Assembly (NCBI GenBank): GCA_965140705.1
Contig: OZ223302.1
Span: 128,001-192,000, forward strand
Direction: 5' to 3'
Length of the DNA: 64,000 nt
Source of the DNA: an uncultured Arcobacter sp.
Lineage (GTDB): Bacteria > Campylobacterota > Campylobacteria > Campylobacterales > Arcobacteraceae
A model generated the notes under the pieces. It saw only the letters and a list, made by a program, of their open reading frames with translations. It ran no database searches and was not told the DNA's origin. The first letter of the stretch is position 1, and each line of letters starts with the position of its first letter. A program made the position numbers and the translations under genes. Shown in pieces: positions 59,792-64,000 of the stretch.

Positions 59792-60466
59792 ATAATAAAA
59801 GTATTAATGATAGAAGATGATTTAGAATTAGCTGAAATCATCACAAACTATTTAAAACCCTTTGACATAGAAGTTACAAATACAGATAGCCCATATACAG
59901 GGCTATCTATGATTAAAACAGATTCAAGTTATAAACTTCTTATATTAGACTTGACTCTTCCAGAAATTGATGGATTGGAACTTATTCCAAAAATTAGAAC
60001 AACATCAAATATACCAATTATTATATCAAGTGCCAGAGATGATATTCTAGATAAAGTTATGGGTTTAGAAAGAGGTGCAGATGATTATTTGCCAAAGCCT
60101 TATAATCCAAGAGAATTACAAGCTAGAATAAAAGCTATTTTAAAAAGATTAGATATAGAACCAGTAAAAAAACCTCAAAACTCTATTTTCGAACTAAACT
60201 TAGAAAATATGAAAATATTTTTCAAAGATACTCTTTTAGATCTGACAATGGCAGAATTTGATATATTAAAACTACTTATTCAAAGAAAAGGTGGAGTAGT
60301 TGCAAGAGAAGATTTTATTTACGATAGCCTGCACATTGAAGATGATAGTAGTTTAAAAAATATTGATGTAATGATATCAAGAATTAGAAATAAAATAGCA
60401 TTGATAGATAACTCAACCACTTATATAAAATCTGTAAGAGGAATAGGATACCAATTATCTATATGA
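59792..60466 (+). CDS. OmpR-family response regulator (CprR-like); start possibly ATA at 59792 rather than ATG at 59807
   Basis: IEDD, LDLTLP, SARDD, GADDYLPKPY, IKSVRGIGY; htrA-RR-HK order as in Campylobacter htrA-cprRS. Confidence 0.9.
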   Translation: MIKVLMIEDDLELAEIITNYLKPFDIEVTNTDSPYTGLSMIKTDSSYKLLILDLTLPEIDGLELIPKIRTTSNIPIIISSARDDILDKVMGLERGADDYLPKPYNPRELQARIKAILKRLDIEPVKKPQNSIFELNLENMKIFFKDTLLDLTMAEFDILKLLIQRKGGVVAREDFIYDSLHIEDDSSLKNIDVMISRIRNKIALIDNSTTYIKSVRGIGYQLSI

Positions 60467-61683
60467 AAAATATATCTATAACTGCATTTATAAATACCAT
60501 CTTTGTATTAGCCCTTGCTGCAATTACAACAACATTTTTATTTTTTGTAAAATTAGATAAAGAAAAATCTAACCAAGAGAGACAACAAAGATACAGCATA
60601 ATTGCTAATAGTGTACTAAATAGCTTTGAGCTACAACCTAAAGAAGACCAATTAAGAAAACTATATTCACAGTTTGAAGTAAAACCTATAAAAGATAGAA
60701 TAAAAAAATTAGATATTATAAACAAAGCAAAAGAACTTATGTTCCAAGAGTCTTCTTTAGGAAGAGTAAGGTTTTATGAATACTACAATAAATACTATAT
60801 TTATGTGCAAAAGATGAGCTACAATGTTCTTCTTTTGGATTTAAAATCAAAACCCTATAATAGAAGTATTGCCTTAGTTATATATATATTTGCAGTTGCT
60901 ATTTTTCTATCATTATATTTTGCTATACGAAAAAAATTCATTCCCCTAAGAACACTTGATAAGCAAATACAAAAATTCTCAAGTGGTGACAAGAATATAA
61001 AACTTGACTTCCCAAATAACGATGAAATAGGTAAAATTGCAAAAAGTTTTAACGCTGCAATAAGAAATATAAATAATCTAACAGACTCTAAAAATCTTTT
61101 TATGCGAAATATGATGCATGAACTTAAAACACCTATTACAAAAGCTATGTTCATAGTAGAATCCCTTGATGATAATAAAAATAAAGAGGTTCTAGGAAGA
61201 GCATTTGAAAGAATGAACAATATTATAAAAGAGTTAGCAACAGTTGAAAAACTCTCTTCTAATATGTCTGTTATTTATAAAGAAAATACAACATTTTTTA
61301 GTATATATAAAAGAGCTATGAATATATTACTTATTGATGCAAGTACAATAAGTACCAAAATGAGTAATTTTGATTTAAAAGTTGATATAGCACTATTTTC
61401 AATTACAATAAAAAATCTTATAGACAATGCAATAAAATTTTCTCCAAATCATCATGCAACATTGATAGCCACACAAAAAAGAATAGAAGTTATCTCTAAT
61501 GGTGAAAAACTAAAACATGATTTAAATTATTATACAGAACCTTTTTCACAAGAGGAGAAAAGAAAAGATGGTTTTGGATTAGGTCTATATATAGTAAAAA
61601 CTACCATAGAACTGCATGATTTTAAATTTAAGTATGCTTATGAAAATGGGAAAAATCATTTTATTATTGATATGAGTAAATAA
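60463..61683 (+). CDS. Sensor histidine kinase (CprS/ArsS-like)
   Basis: Two TMs, HAMP (DEIGKIAKSFN), H-box MMHELKTPIT, NLIDNAIKF, GFGLGLYIV. Confidence 0.92.
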   Translation: MKNISITAFINTIFVLALAAITTTFLFFVKLDKEKSNQERQQRYSIIANSVLNSFELQPKEDQLRKLYSQFEVKPIKDRIKKLDIINKAKELMFQESSLGRVRFYEYYNKYYIYVQKMSYNVLLLDLKSKPYNRSIALVIYIFAVAIFLSLYFAIRKKFIPLRTLDKQIQKFSSGDKNIKLDFPNNDEIGKIAKSFNAAIRNINNLTDSKNLFMRNMMHELKTPITKAMFIVESLDDNKNKEVLGRAFERMNNIIKELATVEKLSSNMSVIYKENTTFFSIYKRAMNILLIDASTISTKMSNFDLKVDIALFSITIKNLIDNAIKFSPNHHATLIATQKRIEVISNGEKLKHDLNYYTEPFSQEEKRKDGFGLGLYIVKTTIELHDFKFKYAYENGKNHFIIDMSK

Positions 61684-61688
61684 TTTAT

Positions 61689-62966
61689 TTACTCATTTAT
61701 CATTTTGTCTTCAACTCTAAACATTGAAAGATAAGGTAACCTTCCTGGTAACTTTATTTTGTTTGTATTTCCACTGTGTACTGAATCTAATTCTTTACCA
61801 GTTTCAGTTAATATCTTTTTAAAATTAATATAATATAAGCCATCTTTAAAATATATCTTTCCAATATCATTATCAACTTCTTCAATCTTTGTATTTACTG
61901 GAACAAAAATCTCTATATCTTCATTTGGATAAGTTTTATATTTACAATAAAAATGCTCTTCATCTTCAGTAACAAGTCCACTTACCTCATAAGTACCCTT
62001 ACTTAAAGCATACTCATGATTTTGTGAATCTGTTCTTTCAAATGGTCGATGAATCAAATATGCATCAGTAAAGCCTCTATTTTTTGTAGTTGCTAACTCT
62101 TTTTGATATTTTTCTGCTTCAAAATTATTTGCATAAAAGTCATCTATTGCCATTCTATAAGTATAGGCTGTAACTGCTGCATAATAAGGCGACTTAGTTC
62201 TTCCTTCTATTTTTATAGAATCAACTGCTCCACTTTTTAATATTTCATCCACATGACTAGCTAGGTTCATATCTTTTGCATTGAAAATATATGTTCCAAC
62301 TCCTGGTTCTTCTTCAAGTCTGAACATTGTCCCATGATCTTCATTTGCAGCATATAAAGTATACTCAAATCTACAATCATTAGCACAAGATCCTCTATTA
62401 GGTACCCTTCCCATTTGAACAGCACTTACTAAACATCTTCCACTATAGGCAAAACACATAGAACCATGAACAAATATTTCTATTTCCATATCTGGTAAAT
62501 GCTTTTTTATCTCAGTTACATCTTTTAAACTTATTTCCCTAGCTGCAATTATTCTTCTAACACCCATATCGTAATATACTTGGGCATCTAAATAATTCAT
62601 AACATTTGCTTGAGTTGAAAGGTGAATTGGAATATGAGGTGCAATTTCACGACAAAGTCGTACTACTCCAGGAGCAGCTACAATAAAGGCATCAGGCTCT
62701 ACTTCTGCCATTTGAACTATATGTTTTTTTAAAAGTTCAATTTGAGAGTTAAAAGGAAATCCATTTATTGTTGCATAAACTTTTTTGCCCATTGAATGAG
62801 CATAATCAATTCCCTCTTTAAAACTTTCAAAAGTAAATTCTTTCCCTGATCTAATTCTTAAACTAAAGTGACTAACCCCACCATAAACCGCATCTGCACC
62901 ATAGGCAAATGCTATTTTTAATTTTTCTAAATTTCCAGCGGGACTTAATAATTCCACTTTATTCAT
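61689..62966 (-). CDS. Peptidase U32 family Fe-S protein (TrhP-like, RNA hydroxylation)
   Basis: ELLSPAG, HLSTQAN, EIFVHGSMCFAYSGRC..RGSCANDCR, KIEGRTKSPYY. Confidence 0.88.
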   Translation of the reverse strand: MNKVELLSPAGNLEKLKIAFAYGADAVYGGVSHFSLRIRSGKEFTFESFKEGIDYAHSMGKKVYATINGFPFNSQIELLKKHIVQMAEVEPDAFIVAAPGVVRLCREIAPHIPIHLSTQANVMNYLDAQVYYDMGVRRIIAAREISLKDVTEIKKHLPDMEIEIFVHGSMCFAYSGRCLVSAVQMGRVPNRGSCANDCRFEYTLYAANEDHGTMFRLEEEPGVGTYIFNAKDMNLASHVDEILKSGAVDSIKIEGRTKSPYYAAVTAYTYRMAIDDFYANNFEAEKYQKELATTKNRGFTDAYLIHRPFERTDSQNHEYALSKGTYEVSGLVTEDEEHFYCKYKTYPNEDIEIFVPVNTKIEEVDNDIGKIYFKDGLYYINFKKILTETGKELDSVHSGNTNKIKLPGRLPYLSMFRVEDKMINE

Positions 62967-63083
62967 TAATATTTCCTTGTAATAAACACTATTTTATATT
63001 TTGCGGATTATAACCAAAAAAAAATATTAGAAAGATGAGAAAAAAATATTAAAATTTTGCCTTCAAATGACATAAGAATTTAA

Positions 63084-64000
63084 CTATTTAGAATCAACTA
63101 AATTTTTTGCAAACTCATAAGCTTCTTTTGTAATATTTTCTCCACTTATCATTCTAGATATCTCTTCTATTTTGCCTTTGTCATCAAGTATTTTTACACT
63201 TGATACGCCATTTTGTTTATCCACAAAAAAGTGTTGTTTTGCAGCTGCTGTTAATTGTGGTTGATGAGATATTGCAAATATTTGATATGACTTTGACAAC
63301 TCTTTTAAAACAGTTGCAATAGCATCACTCTCTTTACCACTTAAATTAGCATCAATTTCATCTAAAAATAAAATTCCATTATTCATAATTTCAAAGTTAC
63401 TCATTGAAGTTAGAAGAGCAAGTCTAAGTCTGTTGAACTCCCCTGAACTAATAGTCTCTAAATTTACGCCATTTAACTCTAAAATAACTTCATCTTTCCC
63501 TAAAGCATCTATTTGTTTATCTTTTAAATAAATTTTTGCATTTGACAAATAAAGATATTTTAAATAATGATTTACACTCTCTTCTAAAGTCTTTGCACTC
63601 TCTTTTCTATAAGTAGTTAAAGCAGAAGCCAACTCTTCAACTTTTAAAGTCAATTGTTTAACCTTTTTTTCTAAAATACTTTTTTCAAAAGAGATATTAT
63701 CATAAGAATCTAACTCTTTTTGTTTTTGCTCTTTGTATTCTAGTGCTTCTTTTATTGAACCAAATCTTTTTTGCAATGCCGATAATTTTTCTATTCTATC
63801 TAAAACAGCCTCTATATCTAACTCTTCAAGTTCATATAAAGAATCATTGAATCCTTCAAAAATATTTTCAAGCTCATTTATCGCTTCATCAAAAAATGAA
63901 CTATCCTTATCCATAATATCCAAAGCCTTTGAAACACTTGTTCTAAATTCAAATATACCCTTTGACATAGATATTGCTTCTTCTATCTTATCTTTTTTAG
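63084..64000 (-). CDS. recN: DNA repair protein RecN (5' part outside the window)
   Basis: Coiled coil, then signature SSGEFNRLRLA, Walker B FLDEIDANLSG, ISHQPQL, EISRMISGE. Confidence 0.9.
   Translation of the reverse strand, partial: KKDKIEEAISMSKGIFEFRTSVSKALDIMDKDSSFFDEAINELENIFEGFNDSLYELEELDIEAVLDRIEKLSALQKRFGSIKEALEYKEQKQKELDSYDNISFEKSILEKKVKQLTLKVEELASALTTYRKESAKTLEESVNHYLKYLYLSNAKIYLKDKQIDALGKDEVILELNGVNLETISSGEFNRLRLALLTSMSNFEIMNNGILFLDEIDANLSGKESDAIATVLKELSKSYQIFAISHQPQLTAAAKQHFFVDKQNGVSSVKILDDKGKIEEISRMISGENITKEAYEFAKNLVDSK

Noticed and set aside
2520..61220. Numerous 60-180 aa ORFs antisense to long genes (e.g. 3231-3779, 38815-39183, 54276-54671, 60855-61220)
   Set aside because: All or nearly all of each overlaps well-supported genes on the other strand, and they show no recognisable motifs.
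1..64000. CRISPR arrays, IS elements, prophage or defence genes
   Set aside because: No spaced direct repeats, transposase, integrase or phage-like ORFs recognised; intergenic gaps are too short to hide them.

Overview
AT-rich chromosomal window from a Campylobacterota bacterium, probably Arcobacteraceae-like (inferred from protein style and the htrA-cprRS and mlaA-mlaC-MMPL gene orders; not verified by search). About 50.6 kb (5306-55883, all minus strand, mostly overlapping or abutting stop/start codons) is one very large surface-polysaccharide locus with Wzx, Wzy and Wzz candidates. It encodes pathways for a legionaminic-acid-type nonulosonate, dTDP- and CDP-6-deoxyhexoses and UDP-GlcA/GalA. 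It also encodes many decorating enzymes: acetyl, formyl, carbamoyl, amidino, sulfo, methyl, hydroxyacyl and aminoacyl. The most striking element is a ~12.5 kb cassette (36470-48986) lying between legB and legC. It is bounded by a GtrB/ArnC-like GT2 and a GT-C-like membrane protein. Inside are an ArnE/F-like small-membrane-protein pair, a WecE aminotransferase, and a stand-alone adenylation domain/ACP/ketoreductase/formyltransferase/WbqC module. It looks like an undecaprenyl-phosphate-dependent periplasmic side-branch system that delivers an aminoacylated amino sugar. Decay is visible: a manC-fcl deletion chimera, a 1-bp frameshift in the HisF-like gene, and heptamer microrepeats inside coding regions. 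Left flank: partial TolC and an mlaA-mlaC-MMPL operon. Right flank: three tRNAs (Leu, Ser, Cys), ilvD, htrA-cprR-cprS-like genes, a U32 protein and partial recN. All functional calls come from motif recognition, not database searches.
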